From contig SNRW01000009.1 in assembly GCA_008636045.1 (NCBI GenBank), forward strand, positions 1-49,373: DNA of 49,373 nucleotides, given 5' to 3'. The translations under genes and the position numbers were made by a program. The stretch comes from Streblomastix strix. Its lineage: Eukaryota. Shown here piece after piece: positions 11,360 to 24,375 of this stretch. The notes beneath the pieces are model-generated. The model was not told where the DNA came from, searched no databases, and worked only from the letters and a program-made list of their open reading frames with translations. Numbering within the stretch: position 1 is the stretch's first letter; each line of letters begins with the position of its first letter.

Positions 11360-14300
11360 TCATTTACTATGTCTACCAGAGTTGTAGTTCGTATGCTAGG
11401 CGCTGGAGCTTTGAACCATTGTTTGTGGACGCTTTTATGGAGAAAAGCTGTTTGTAACAGCAACAGTCGCTCTGTTCAAATTTTCAGCCCATGCCATTGC
11501 ATCTTTTTTAGCTATAGATAATAATGAAAATAAATGAAAACTTTGTATATCTAAGATAATTCGAATAAACACACTAGGATCATCAATAACAACATTGCTG
11601 AGTTTAGTGTGAACAACCAATCGTACAGCATCATAAGCTTCTGCCCAAACTTGCGTACCAAGAACAATTTCTCCAGTCAACTAATTTGTCTTTGGATCAA
11701 ACAGCATACATCGATTCAAACTTGTCAGAACCATTAAACGTACTTTCTTCCCTTATTTCAGCCAAACATCCACAAACCCCTTCTGAATAATACTCTCTCC
11801 ATCATGGATGTTTATAGTCCAATGAGGATACATCTTATCAGTATCTTTCTTATGTAACTAATCATGATCTGGTGATGGGCTCTTCTTATTCTTATTAGGA
11901 GATTTTGAACGAGGTCGTGATAAGCCAGTCAAAGGTGAGAAGAATAAAGCCTAATTGAATGCAGCTAGAGAGATGTACTCAGGAGATTATTTTATTGATT
12001 TTTTGGAATCGACTTTGATTTTCTCTTTTCCATATGTTTAATACTGGGCCTTTCCATTATCTTTGGATTATCTTGAATGTTAATTTTACTCATTAGGTTT
12101 AATATTGTTCAAATCTGTATATTGATCAGTATGAAAATTTAGAGATGGAATGCTTTTATTAACCATATCTGAATTTTCAGCAAATCCATTTGAATTAAGT
12201 CGAAGTTAATTACTTTATAAGGGTGTTGAAGTCTTCTTTCCTTAAGGATCTGTAGCAAATTCATTTTAAGTGATAGGAAATTAGTCATGTTGCTATAAAT
12301 TTTTATTCAATTTATCAATTTCATTTGTATTTGTACTAATTAATTTATTAGCAGAATTGTTCTAAGTATTATTATTCGAATTTTAATTATTTAATGATGA
12401 AATGGAAGGACGATCTTTGAATTGATCAAATGGAGATTAAAATAATTAAACTTATTGATTTGAAGTAGATTAAGAAGGTGTAAGAGGAATTATATCCACT
12501 TTGAATAAAGAACTTTATTATTATTAATATTACTCATTTGGTGATGGCAAAGCAGATCCCGGTTATTAAATTACAAGTAATTCAGAATTATCTCCTTTTT
12601 AAGCTTACTAATTTTATGATCGAGGAGTAGGGCGATTTAAAAGCTTTTTTTTGTTAATTGTACTTTTTGAATTATTTGCTGTACTTGTATTATCTGCGCT
12701 AACTTATGAACTTGACTTTTGAAGATTGGTCTATTTGACGTCCGAATTGTTTTATTAAGGCTACTATTATTATGTCTATTATTAATTAAGTAATTATGAA
12801 TTAGAACTTTATATCTATTATTGATGTTGCAGAAGCTATTAATATTTCTATAATTGCTATTGATAGATATTTTGCTGTTATTAATAAATCTATTGAGCTT
12901 TGTTCCTATCTTATAATGAAGTAATTTTAATTTCATTTGCTCTGGAAATTAAATAATTGTTGCTTGAATTAAGAAGCAAATCAATTTTCTTTCTTATGTT
13001 TCGTTTCTTCTTCCTGTTATTCCCTCTCTTCGCTTCTCTTCTCAACCTCCGTCTTTCTTTCCCAGTAAATTTCTGCTTCACAATATCAACTTGCATTGCA
13101 TTGTCCACACAATACAAATAACTCTCTTAGTTTTCTAATTCTTACTTGTGTGTGTTTATATATTTGAGGAGACCGTTAAAATGAGCTTCTTTTTCATCGG
13201 AACTATCATAACTTGAGGTGTCTGTGAGACTGGAGAAGTTAATTTGACTATTCTCTCCTTCATTAATACTATCACTATTCTATTATACAAAAAGATCAAA
13301 ATCATCAACAATATCATCGTCTTCTTCATCTTCTTCATCTTCAACATCTATTCCAGTTTTACTATTATATTATTCAGAAGCGCCTTTCTTCCCAAGATTC
13401 TTCTTTCTCTTCATCTCTTTATTAATTTTAATTTATTGTCTCTTTTTGATTCTATCCCTTCTTCTTATTTCTTTTTTATATTCTTCTGTTTCTGGCGATG
13501 AAGAAAGCGATGCTACATCATCTTCACTTTGCGATGAGCGTGAAGAACAATCATCTAAATAAAGCCAGTTATTCGGATCATACACTTTTCTGGTGTTTAT
13601 TTCACTCATTGCTTAATCCCAATCCTATTAAAAGTCGGGTCCAAGTAGTAATGCATCTTTTCGTTTGAGTTTTTTCCTCCTTTTTTCATCTCTAATTTGT
13701 TCCTATCGATCTCTTTCTTATTTCTTTTTAGCTTTCCTTTCAGCCAATAATTTCTTCCTGTTTTCTTTTTATTCTTATTCTTAGCGCTGTTATAATAAGG
13801 CCCTTTCTTAATATTACTAGTTATATTATGCAATTTCATCATTTTCACCATCATTAATAGCACATTAAATCCAATTCTGAAAATTAGCAATATCATTAGC
13901 ATCAATATCTACTTCTATACCACTCCTTCTTCTTCCCTATATATTGGATGATTCTCTTCTTCTTCCTTATTATCCTTATTCTTATTATTGAAGAACATCT
14001 GATCTATTAACTATTGCTAATATATTTTACATCTCTATACCTCTTTGTCCTTTTAGTTGTTAAAATGGATTATCAGTATTTTCTTCATTAAATACAAGAT
14101 CTCCATTTTATCTGTTGGATTGCATTGGTTCACCAGCTCTTAATTATAATAAAAAAGAATAAAAAAATGAGTATATAAATAAAAAAAAATCAAACCGTGG
14201 AACATCTACGCTGGTCTCATTTTCAAAGGGATTATATTCATTCTCACCTACAGGTAACTTTACCATCTCTTTCTATTGCTCATTTTATCCGGCTGCATTT

Positions 14301-17300
14301 TATATATTGGTAGTGTTTAATAATTAATGGAGTGCAATTGATATGTTTGATTATATTGGAACGTTTGAAAATGAGTTTCCTAAAGATTCATGCAAGTCAG
14401 CCATCGGACTTAATTAACCATTTCTTTGAATGAACAATTTATCATTATTCGCAGTATTATTCAAGGTTTGAAGATCAGGAGAGAATAATGCTCCTTCACT
14501 AGAAGCGAAAGGATGCTAAACATTATTTAAATATGGCATTCTTGGTGAAGGTTAAAATTTCTAATTATTTTCAAAACTAAATTCCTGATCTTGATCAGAC
14601 TATATCTTAATATCAAGCTAATGAGCATTCCGAGCCTATAAGAGTTTTAATGTTGCTTATGATTATTCTTTTAATCCTATATCCGTAAGAGTAGGAGCCT
14701 CTTATACTTATTTTAAGAATTGTTAATGTTCCTTTAAATATTACAAATTCTATTAATAAACCATTGCTATTGAAGATCTTTTTCTGGCCTGACTTTAACT
14801 AGAATCATCATCCATTGCATCTACGGCAATTTGTTCAGCTTCCGCAGCAGCCTTTCCTAATTATAACGTAATGTACATATTCAATGAAAAATTAAATTAA
14901 TTGGTTGTTTTCAAAAATAATAACAAGGAGAAATAATTAATGCAGCACACCTAATAGTCTGATTTATTATAATCCTGGTAACATCATCTTCACATTTTGT
15001 TCTTATTTCTCACCAGAGACACTTGCAGAGAGATGATTTCCCTATATATTCATTTAAACAGGCATTTGAACATCCATTCAATCACCTTGTATTTTCATCA
15101 TCATTTCTTGTCCTTCCAAAATTTATTCATGAAGTTACAGATTTTGAATATCATTAACCATTGATGTAGATGCACTAAGCCCAATAGTTCCTCTTCTTCC
15201 TCTTCCAGCTGCTAATGAGGCTGCCTGAGCAGCAACTACTGCTGACGCTTGCTCATTGGATATTTAACTATTATTTCTTTCTTGTTTTGGCGATTAAGCA
15301 GAAATATTCATTAAATTTTAATCTTCTATTGTTCCATTTGAGAGAACTGCTTACGAAGGATGAATTTAACTGTTTAATAATTTATTATTTTTTAAACCAG
15401 GAACTGAATCACTATTATCAGAAAAATGCTATTAAAATTATAATTATAATATTTCTTCTTGAATTAATTGTTGTTAGCCCAATGGACTTCTTTAAAATTA
15501 ATTGAAACTCGATTATTTAAGAAATGGGTTGATTTTTTTTAATTATAGAGCTTTTTCCGGTGTTTATAAATGAATATTTGCATCATCATGCACTTGTGGA
15601 TTTGCATAATATTGCGCAGTTGCTTGTTTTTATAATAATATTCTTAAATTCTCTCTCTCTTATTCTTCCTGTTATCTTTTCAATTATAATTTCCTTTATT
15701 CTTCTTCTTTCTAGATTTTATCCTTAAATAATGTTTGTGCAACATTCAAATAAAGATTTCCAACAGTCACTTACATTCCTCCAATTGTAACAGGAGCAAT
15801 TTATGGAGGAACAAAATGAGGATTTTGTAGTTAAGTTTATTATTTTTTGGATTATTATGAATATTATGAGACGCTTGCTGATTCAGATAAATTGGAGATA
15901 ATTGACATATATGATTAGGATGGCATTACAGAAGATTTATTTTAATCTTATTATTAATTTTCATTCTTAATATCTACTTGTTGTTAATTAGAAGCTTATA
16001 TTGGAGTATTTAATAAAGTATAATTTGGTGAACGCGGTGAAACTGTTTATATCTGTTTCTAATCTGATGTAATAATCCCATAACTCCCAGTAATACTCCT
16101 TGTCACAGAACTTGATCTTCTTTATCTAGCCTGTGCATATGTGATAGATTCAACTCCTTAGATAATTGAATGATATGAGAAAAGAAGAAGAAGGTATTAA
16201 TAGAATTCAGATTAAAAATTTTGATCATAAAAAGAGAAAATATCAAATAAAATAATACCTTCTTTGTTTAAAATTCCTAAAAATATAAAACATAATTCAT
16301 TATAAAATATGAACTTATATATAGCTAATTATTGTAATAGTCAAACCAAAGACACTCTCAGCAGCTTCAGCGATTTAACTTGCTCTTCTTTATTACCGAA
16401 TCAAAGAATTGGAAAGAACAGATGAGGCCACTTAAGAAATGTCATTCTAACAAACAATTGAAAATAAATAATAAAGAATTGAAAAAATTAAAAAATATAA
16501 TTATTATTAGCTAATCTATTATACATGTTTGGGAGGTGAAATAGTTTACTATTGCTAATTCTATGGTGACGTGTTTTGAAAAGTTGCATTGATTGGTGGA
16601 GTCTGATAAAAAAAAGGAAACAAAAATTAATAAATAAAATTTATAAAAAATTGAGTATTTCTTTTTCTGAATATTTTCAGTAAATCTATTAAACCTGTAA
16701 GTGAAGTGTGCTCCAGTTTGTTCCAGCGAAGAATTTATGCATTTTTATTTCCTCGATTGAAATTCGCTGATTTGGATCAACAACAATAAGTTTTGAGAGA
16801 AGATCTCGAGCTCCTTCATCAAATCCTACAAAACAAGAAAGAAATGCGACAAAAATGATATAAAATATCATTGAAAATATGAGGAAAATAAACCTACAGG
16901 AAGTTAATAAGTAGCTTTGACTATGTTTTGAAGGAGAATAAATTAAGTTTATCCTGAAAAGAGCTGGCGACCCTTTAAATAATACAAAAAATAAAAATGA
17001 ATAGATGATAAAAATAAAATATTCATTTCTTATTATCGTTTTAATTCATACAGCAAGAAGGAAAAAGAAAATTAGTCCCATCGCCCATAAATCAGATCTG
17101 AATTATATGAAGAATGAGAAGTTATAATAAGAGATAATATTCATTTTAATTCATCTATTTATACTTCTCAGTTGCAGGTTCATTGTGTATTACTTCTGGT
17201 GAGACATAAAGTGGTGTTCCAATAAGTTGTTTGCTCTTTTTTGGTTACTATGAATGCTCTGATAAAATTGAATAAAAATATTTATAATAAAGCTAAAAAA

Positions 17301-18042
17301 TAAAATAAAATAAATTATAATTTTAACCTTAAATATATTCTTCGCTTCCTACAATGATTGCTGAACCTATAAATTAAGAATTAGATTATAAGATGAAATG
17401 ATTGGAAACTAATAATTTGATTATTACCAAAATCTGCCAATCTAATATGTCCATCAATAGCAATAAATATATTTTCTGGTTTCAAATCCCTATGAATTAC
17501 ACTGCAATTAAGGATAACAACAATAAAATATAATTAATTTACTTTAGATTATATACCCTTTAGAATGCAAATGTTCAATAGCTTCAACAATTTCAGCAGC
17601 ATAAAATCGTACAACTTCGATGTGAAGTGGTTTTTAAACTAACTTTGATAGATCAAAACGACATAATTCAAGGACAAAATCTGTATAGTATAAATTAAGA
17701 TGTATAGAGATAGAGTTGATGATAAAATAAAAGAAATGTTATGAAGTAACTAATCATACAAAGAAATTCATCATCTTAAAAATTACCAAAGAATTTCAAA
17801 ATAAAACTGTGTTTGCATTTGTTTAATATATCTCTTTCTATATAAACAGTTCTCTCCATTTGAACTTTAACAAGTTTTGATTTTGTAAGTTTCTTAATTG
17901 CATAAAGTTTGTTGTTCCCTTTGAATACAACTTTGATAACAGACGAGAAAGACCCATATCCTATCGTTTCTTCAATGTTAAAGTCGTCAATACTTCGCAT
18001 TTTTGGTTATTTTCGTTCGCTATCACGTTTGTCCTTCTTCAT
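11360..18042 (-). CDS. PDK1: PDK1-like AGC kinase with C-terminal PH domain and very long low-complexity linker (one in-frame TGA at 15078-15080)
   Basis: Kinase motifs IGYGSFSSV, YAIKK, IHRDLKPENI, LADFG, GTPLYVSPE and DLWAMG. C-terminal PDK1-type PH domain (GESIIQKGFV...RLMVLTSLNRCMLFDPKTNQLTGEI). Many GT-AG introns; start is 18042 or 18000. Confidence 0.8.
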
Positions 18043-18417
18043 CTATATATCTTAAACAGAAATAAAAAATAAATATGAATTAGAAATGTGAAAAATAACT
18101 TTCAAAATATATGGAAAAGTATAAAGTTAGTGATTAATGTGCAATTTACCAGGTAGTATTTTCGATTTTATCAGAAATTGCTTGTTTTCTCAACAAAATG
18201 GAGAGTAAAATAGATTTATGAGCATAAAATTTACAATTATTTGTTATTTGAATATAAATATTGACTAGAAAGAATGTGAAAAGAACAAGTTAGCTCTAAC
18301 CAAGCAAATAAACTGGAATAGAATAAATGAAAGCAGAAACAGAAGAATTGCAGTAGCGATGACTGAAGTTATAATTTACAAGTACAAGTAAATAAAGATC
18401 GAAAAAGGGGAAAAAGA

Positions 18418-18536
18418 GAGCTACAACACTGGGTTTTTCCAGGCGGTCTCCCATCCAAGTACTAACCCAGCGTTGGCCGCTTAACTTCGGAGGTCTGAAG
18501 GGATCCGGTGCTCATGGCCAACTGTGGTCGTAGCTC
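18418..18536 (-). rRNA. 5S rRNA, single dispersed copy
   Basis: Minus strand AGCTACGACCAC...CCGGATCCC...CGAAGTTAAGC...TTAGTACTTGGATGGGAGACCGCCTGG...GTGTTGTAGCT with paired termini and a downstream T-tract. Confidence 0.95.
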
Positions 18537-18874
18537 GATGTAGTATTTTCTTATCATCCCTTTATACCTCACCTATATCTTTTTTCTCAACAAAACACTC
18601 TATTTTAATATATTCTTTTAATTATTGCTTTTATGCTTTTCAAATAATATTATATCAAAATAAATATCAAATATTAATTACATTATTTAATATCATATAT
18701 ATTGTAATAGTAAGATAATGTTTTGGGAAGGAGAAGAAGAAAGAAAGATTTAATAAATTTATAAATATTTTTGTGATATAAAAAACTTTATTAACCAATA
18801 AATAACTTGAAAAAATAGATATACTTAATAATTTGCAAATATCATATCAAAGTGATTTATTTAAACTATCTGAT

Positions 18875-20957
18875 TCATCTACGAGACTCTAATGATGACC
18901 TCTAATACTTACCACCTACATCAGTTTTTGATTGTTTATTTTTCCTTTTAAACAAACGATTTCCAATTTCTTCTTCTTCTTATTCGCTAATCGACAATTC
19001 ATCTTCGTCTGGTTGTAAGTCATCAGCTTCATTTATTAAAAATATTGATTTCCCTTTGAAGCAGCGATAAAAACACACAATTAAAACGCAGAACCACATA
19101 AATATATATACAAATATTGAATAGAAGAATATTGAATCGAAAAATCCCATTCCTTCTGAGATATATGTCATAATTCTTCCAAATTCAGACATTATACAGA
19201 TCTAAGAATATATTTGAATGAAACAGAAAAAAAATAAAAATATGGAATAAAGAATATTATTAGATTAATATACTCCTTGATTTGTTTCAATCATTTCAGT
19301 GATATTTGTATGATTTATATTACATAGAACTTTCTTCGTAATATTCTCTTCTTCATCACCCAATATAATAGATTTAATTATATCTTTGTTATTATTAATT
19401 TGATTGATAGGTTATTGTGCTGATTGAATAACATTATTCTCAATCATGCCAAATAATGAATCTTAATTGATACTGTTTTGATTTGTCTGTTCAATTGGAG
19501 ATTCTGGTTCTGGTTCTGGAATTACTTATTCCATATACGATTATGAACCAAAATATGAATACTGAGGACACATATATGGAATGTAAGAAAGGAATGAAAA
19601 ACAGATGAATAAAATCAGAGCAGAGAAAATCAGTACTCCTTGTTACCTTGAACGCCTGAACATAAATAATAAAAAATATGAAGAAATTTTAATAATATAA
19701 ATTGTAATATTCGGATTATTTACCTTATTCGAATACGGAACAGTGGTTTGCAACAAGGACAACCAATTCCAACTGTAAAGAAAGTTAGCATTGATGAAAT
19801 AAGAATAAATACCAAGAATCCAATAATGAAAATCCAGTCAATTGGGAAAACAGAAGACAAAGATACAAACAGAAGGTCAAATGGATTTCCTGTATCTTAT
19901 AATTAGAAAGATTTCTTGGTTATTATTAGTCTCAACCTTGAAGTGCTTCCATATACTAAGCCAATTATAAAGAATATCATCATGGCTATAAATAGTACTC
20001 CTAATATTATTCTAAGGGGAAGGAATAGTGTGGAGCAACAATTCTTCAGTTTATTAGATTTTGTTTCTGATTCATTATCTATTACATCTCTATATACATT
20101 TTATTTATCTTACATTTTACTATATCCTTTTCTAGTATGAGATTCTTCTTCTTCTTCTGCTATATATTAATTATGAAGCACTTTTTTCTTTTAGGTTTTA
20201 GCACCACTTTTTGTGACAAGATCATTGAAGTGGCAAACATTAATTATTGATAAGGCAAGAATATTAATACCGGATGAGGAGTAGCAAATATTAAATGGAA
20301 CTCCAATAAGCATCAATATAGATATAATCATAATAATCATAGAATCTCCTCTATTAAGCGTATCAAATAATTATTTGATCAATGTTTTGTCAAGCGATCC
20401 ACGAGGTTTAGCTTGAACAAAAATACCGACTATAATTATAATAATGACGATTATTACCCCAACAATTGTATACTTGAGTGAGTTGCAAATTCGAGCTGCT
20501 ACTGATATTGATTCATCTCCTCCTTCATAAATAAATAATAAAAATAAATGAAAATATAAATAGAAATATTAAAATTAATATTAAAATACTTGTTAATTTA
20601 TTTATTACCTTCTTCATAATAACAATAGGCAAATGGAATAAGTACAAATACTGATATTAAGCAACATAATATTATAATGTATATCACAATTCTAATAGCC
20701 AATTAGTGCCCTTTGACTGAAGATTCTGTAATACCTTCTTTCAAAATTCCTTTAACTGTTAATGAATTAGCATTATTAATGTCTACGGGAATTATTAGGA
20801 GAACACACAGACCCAGACTTAGAGTCAATGAGGAAACTATTGCAGTTAATAGTTAACTTTCTTTCTCTCTTCGTAATAACAATTTAATGAGAATAAATCC
20901 AAGGATAAAGGAAGAAACGAATCCAGCTATAAGAATAATGTACCCCAACCAAATCAT
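18875..20957 (-). CDS. LMBR1-family membrane protein most similar to LMBD1 (lysosomal cobalamin exporter)
   Basis: Multiple TM helices with motifs IIPVDI, IPFAYCYYEE, RICNSLKYTI, NPFDLLF..VFPIDWI and PQYSYFGSQSY, resembling LMBD1 PFVYFYYEE, ALKYTL, VFPLDYI and PQYVMYGSQNY. Three coding introns. Confidence 0.8.
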
Positions 20958-21381
20958 TCTGCAAATATATAAACAAATTATAAATGTTAATATATCTTGA
21001 TAATATGAACAATAAAGATTACTATAGGGAGTTGTGCACGTTTTTTTGATAGAAAATTTTTGTATAGCTTTTTTTAATGTTGTATTTAATATAAATGTGT
21101 TTTAAATAGATAATTATTAGAGATTTTATTAGATATTTTATAAAAAAATAATGTGTCTTATTCCGATGTCTAGTTGGTGTGTGGTAGCAAATAATTTTGT
21201 TCGCCTCCGTGCGCCGTAATTAAAGATTTAATTATTTGAATTCTTATTCAAATACATTGAATATAAACATATATTCAATAATAATTAAATTATATATTGA
21301 AATTTCTTGCTCGTATAGAAATATGAGCCAAATAAAAATATTAAGAAATGAATTAATCAAAAAGTAAATCTTTAATTCAAT

Positions 21382-21843
21382 CAATTTTTATATTCTTTTT
21401 TAGTATAAACTAAATCATTTTATCTTAAGAACGAAGAAATCAAAGTTGAAATTGTTTTTTGAAGAGATTTAATAGCTTCCTGGTTTAGCTTATATTATTT
21501 TAAGAATTTATAAAATATTATTTTACTATTTTCATACCAATTCAGCCCATTTCAACACAAATTTATAAACACCGTCCTCGAACAATTGCATAATTACAAA
21601 CAATTTTTTTAATTACTTTTTTTCTCTTATTTGAAATATTTTATCTATAATACAAACAAATTTTTACTTAATTTACGATAATTTACTTCATATTATTTAC
21701 CTTACTTATTTATGAACTTACTTTTCAACAGAAAACGCCTCTTTCACCATTTTTCTTCACGCTTTGTTTTTATCACGCTACTAATCGATTAAGCTATCGT
21801 TTTTTATTTAACTTACATATGTTTACTCAACTCATTCAATTAT
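21382..21843 (+). repeat. Dispersed non-coding repeat, copy A
   Basis: Two blocks align with 37853-38153 (e.g. cgaagaa-atcaaagttg..., ttttcatacca, cacgctactaa, ttttttatttaacttacatatgttt). Confidence 0.8.
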
Positions 21844-21895
21844 TTTCTTCCCATTTTATTTTGTTAAATAGAACTATTATTTACTTCACTCGGGA

Positions 21896-23109
21896 ATGAA
21901 AACAATACGTTTGCAATTGTTTTTCTTCCCAACATGTTTTCATATTCCATTTAATTTATTTAGTATACCTTATTCGTCACGGAAGTACATTATTAAATGA
22001 AGGCAATAGATTTCGTGGTAAATCAGATGTACCTCTTAGTGAATAAGGAAGGGAGCAAGCTAAAGTTGTTCATTCGTTGTTGAAAAACAAGAAAATTGAA
22101 AAGATCATAACAAGCCCTCGCCCTCGAGCAATTGAAACAGCTCAAATTCTTGCTGAAGGTCACATTAATAGCGAAGTTTGTTTTATTTCTTCTTTTAGCT
22201 TCTTACTTATCTCCAATTTCCACATAAACAGGGAAATGTTATACAACCTGAAATTGCAAATGGTTTAGACAGTGTTTATTATGGGGCGTATGTAATTGCA
22301 TAATTAATTATTATTTTACTTAGCTCTTATTATTTATATCGAATAGTTGGGAAGGAAAAACATAAGAAGAAGTAGCAGCGCTTGAACCAGAACAATTTGA
22401 TCTGTTTAAGAATCATATTTCGTAATTAGAAATGGGCGGTATATTTAATTATTATCTGCTTATATTAATTATTACTATTAATATCAATAGGAGAGCATCT
22501 TTCTGATCTTGCTTCAAGATGCATTAAAGAATTGGTGAAAGTTTGTGAGGAGAACAAAGGAAAAGAATTAATTGCTGGTATTTTGTTTATTTATTTTTGC
22601 AATGTTATTTAATATGCTAATCTTTTTGTTGGTGCAGTGAGTCACCAGATTTGCACGAGAGCTATTCTCTGTTCGTTATATAACTCACACGATTCGAACA
22701 GCGACGAAGACAAATCTACTTAAAGGAGTTCAATTTACGATTTATATTGGAGCTTAGGAATGAATTAGATCATTTTCTGTTATATTTCTTCAATTAGCTG
22801 TTTTATTTTTTTTTATTTATAGGATAAGAGACCTCATGCATAAATGTCCTGCAGTATTCAGGTTTTTAATTAAATTATTATATTCATTATCATTATTATT
22901 ATTTTTAAATTATTACATTCATTATCTTTATTATTATTTTTAAATTATTACATTCATTATCTTTATTATTAATTCATTGCGTTTAATATCAATTTATTAT
23001 TATATTTTCTAACTTTTATTTGATAGGAAATGGAAAATTTCAAGTTCTTGTAATGAATTTCTTGCCAAACATATTAGACTTGGTTGGAAAGGAAACAAAA
23101 GCCTGGTGA
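21896..23109 (+). CDS. Histidine phosphatase superfamily (phosphoglycerate-mutase/CobC-like) protein; multi-exon
   Basis: Spliced translation MKTILYLIRHGSTLLNEGNRFRGKSDVPLSEQGREQA, TSPRPRAIETA, WEGKT and VSHQ, containing the RHG motif. Confidence 0.85.
22871..22971 (+). repeat. 35-bp tandem repeat (~3 copies) inside an intron
   Basis: taaattattacattcattatctttattattatttt-like unit starting at 22871, 22906 and 22941. Confidence 0.85.
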
Positions 23110-23251
23110 TCAGGGAAAATTTAATGATTTGTATTACACTCCATGAATCTTCATGAATAGAAAATAAATTATCAATTTTTATTCATATTAATAAATTTAA
23201 TTTTATTATTTATAACAATGCAGTTTAAAACTCTTTGATCCATTAGAAACT

Positions 23252-23967
23252 TCATTTTTTTCTAAAGATCCTTGTGAAAAAGAAAAATTATCCAGCAGTT
23301 GCACTAAGTACCACTAAGATCTGAATCACTGACCATAATATAACTTTGGATTAAGTTTGTTGAGATGCTGGGGTGAAAAACAAATATAAAAATGTAAAGG
23401 TACTATGACTTTAATTAAAAAAAAATACCATTTCTTGCAATCTATTCCTTCTGTTTGATATAATTTTACTCTCTTGTAATGCTGCTTAATGTTTCTTGCA
23501 AACTGTCCATGCTGCCTTGCAATGATTGTTTGTCTATATAAAAATGTAAATTAAGTCAAAGAAAAAATTAACACAAACCAAAGTCATCCTTTTTCACTAC
23601 ATCAGCAACTACACTAACTTTCTTTGATATGGAATTTGTAGGATTTGTTACGCACTCTTTATAAACTCCGCCAACAGGGGCATTGAATGAAAATCGATTC
23701 TCCTTTGAATTATTGAATTCAGTTACAACGGATCCATTGGGATCTGTTATCTGCGTCAATCACAAGAAAGATAAACGAAAGAAAAAAAATTTCTTATCAA
23801 ACCCTAAAGTGTATACGACGGTTTCCACCAGATACAACTTGGAAATTGCCAGTAAGTTCTTCTCCTGCTTCAAGCTCATCATAAAAGCAGCTCTACTATT
23901 TTCCCTTGATAGAGAACGTTAGAGGAGAAACATTCACAAACAATGCAAGAGCTATGTATAGCAGCAT
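23252..23967 (-). CDS. p24/TMED (emp24/gp25L) GOLD-domain cargo receptor
   Basis: Signal peptide, SCFYDEL...GNFQVVSGG, ITDPNG, RFSFNAPVGGVYKEC, coiled coil, TM segment VILWSVIQILVV and a FFFTRIFRKK-TGA tail. Three introns. Confidence 0.9.
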
Positions 23968-24375
23968 CCTAAATTTATAAAAAAATAATGTAAACATTGA
24001 AATTAAACATTTTCACATAAAAATATGTATTAATATAATTATGAATAATATGGTGTAATATCTAGATATCAAATTAGCTTCTCCGTTTTTTTCCCTGGCA
24101 CCATAAAAGCTTAAATTATACAGCGAATCGGACAATCTTACCGCCGTATGACTAATAAAATTTATAAGTATTAATATATTTATACATATCCTAAACTACC
24201 CAATTTATTCATACGCTTCAATGAGGTACAAGAGACTTTCCTAAAACTTTCCTCTCTCACAGGCTTATTTCATTCTAACTATTAATGATCATTATTATTA
24301 TTTATTCTTGTATTTTGTTACATTTTATTTTTGTATCTGTTTCAATTCTTAGAACGTGTATCTTCGAATAACTTC

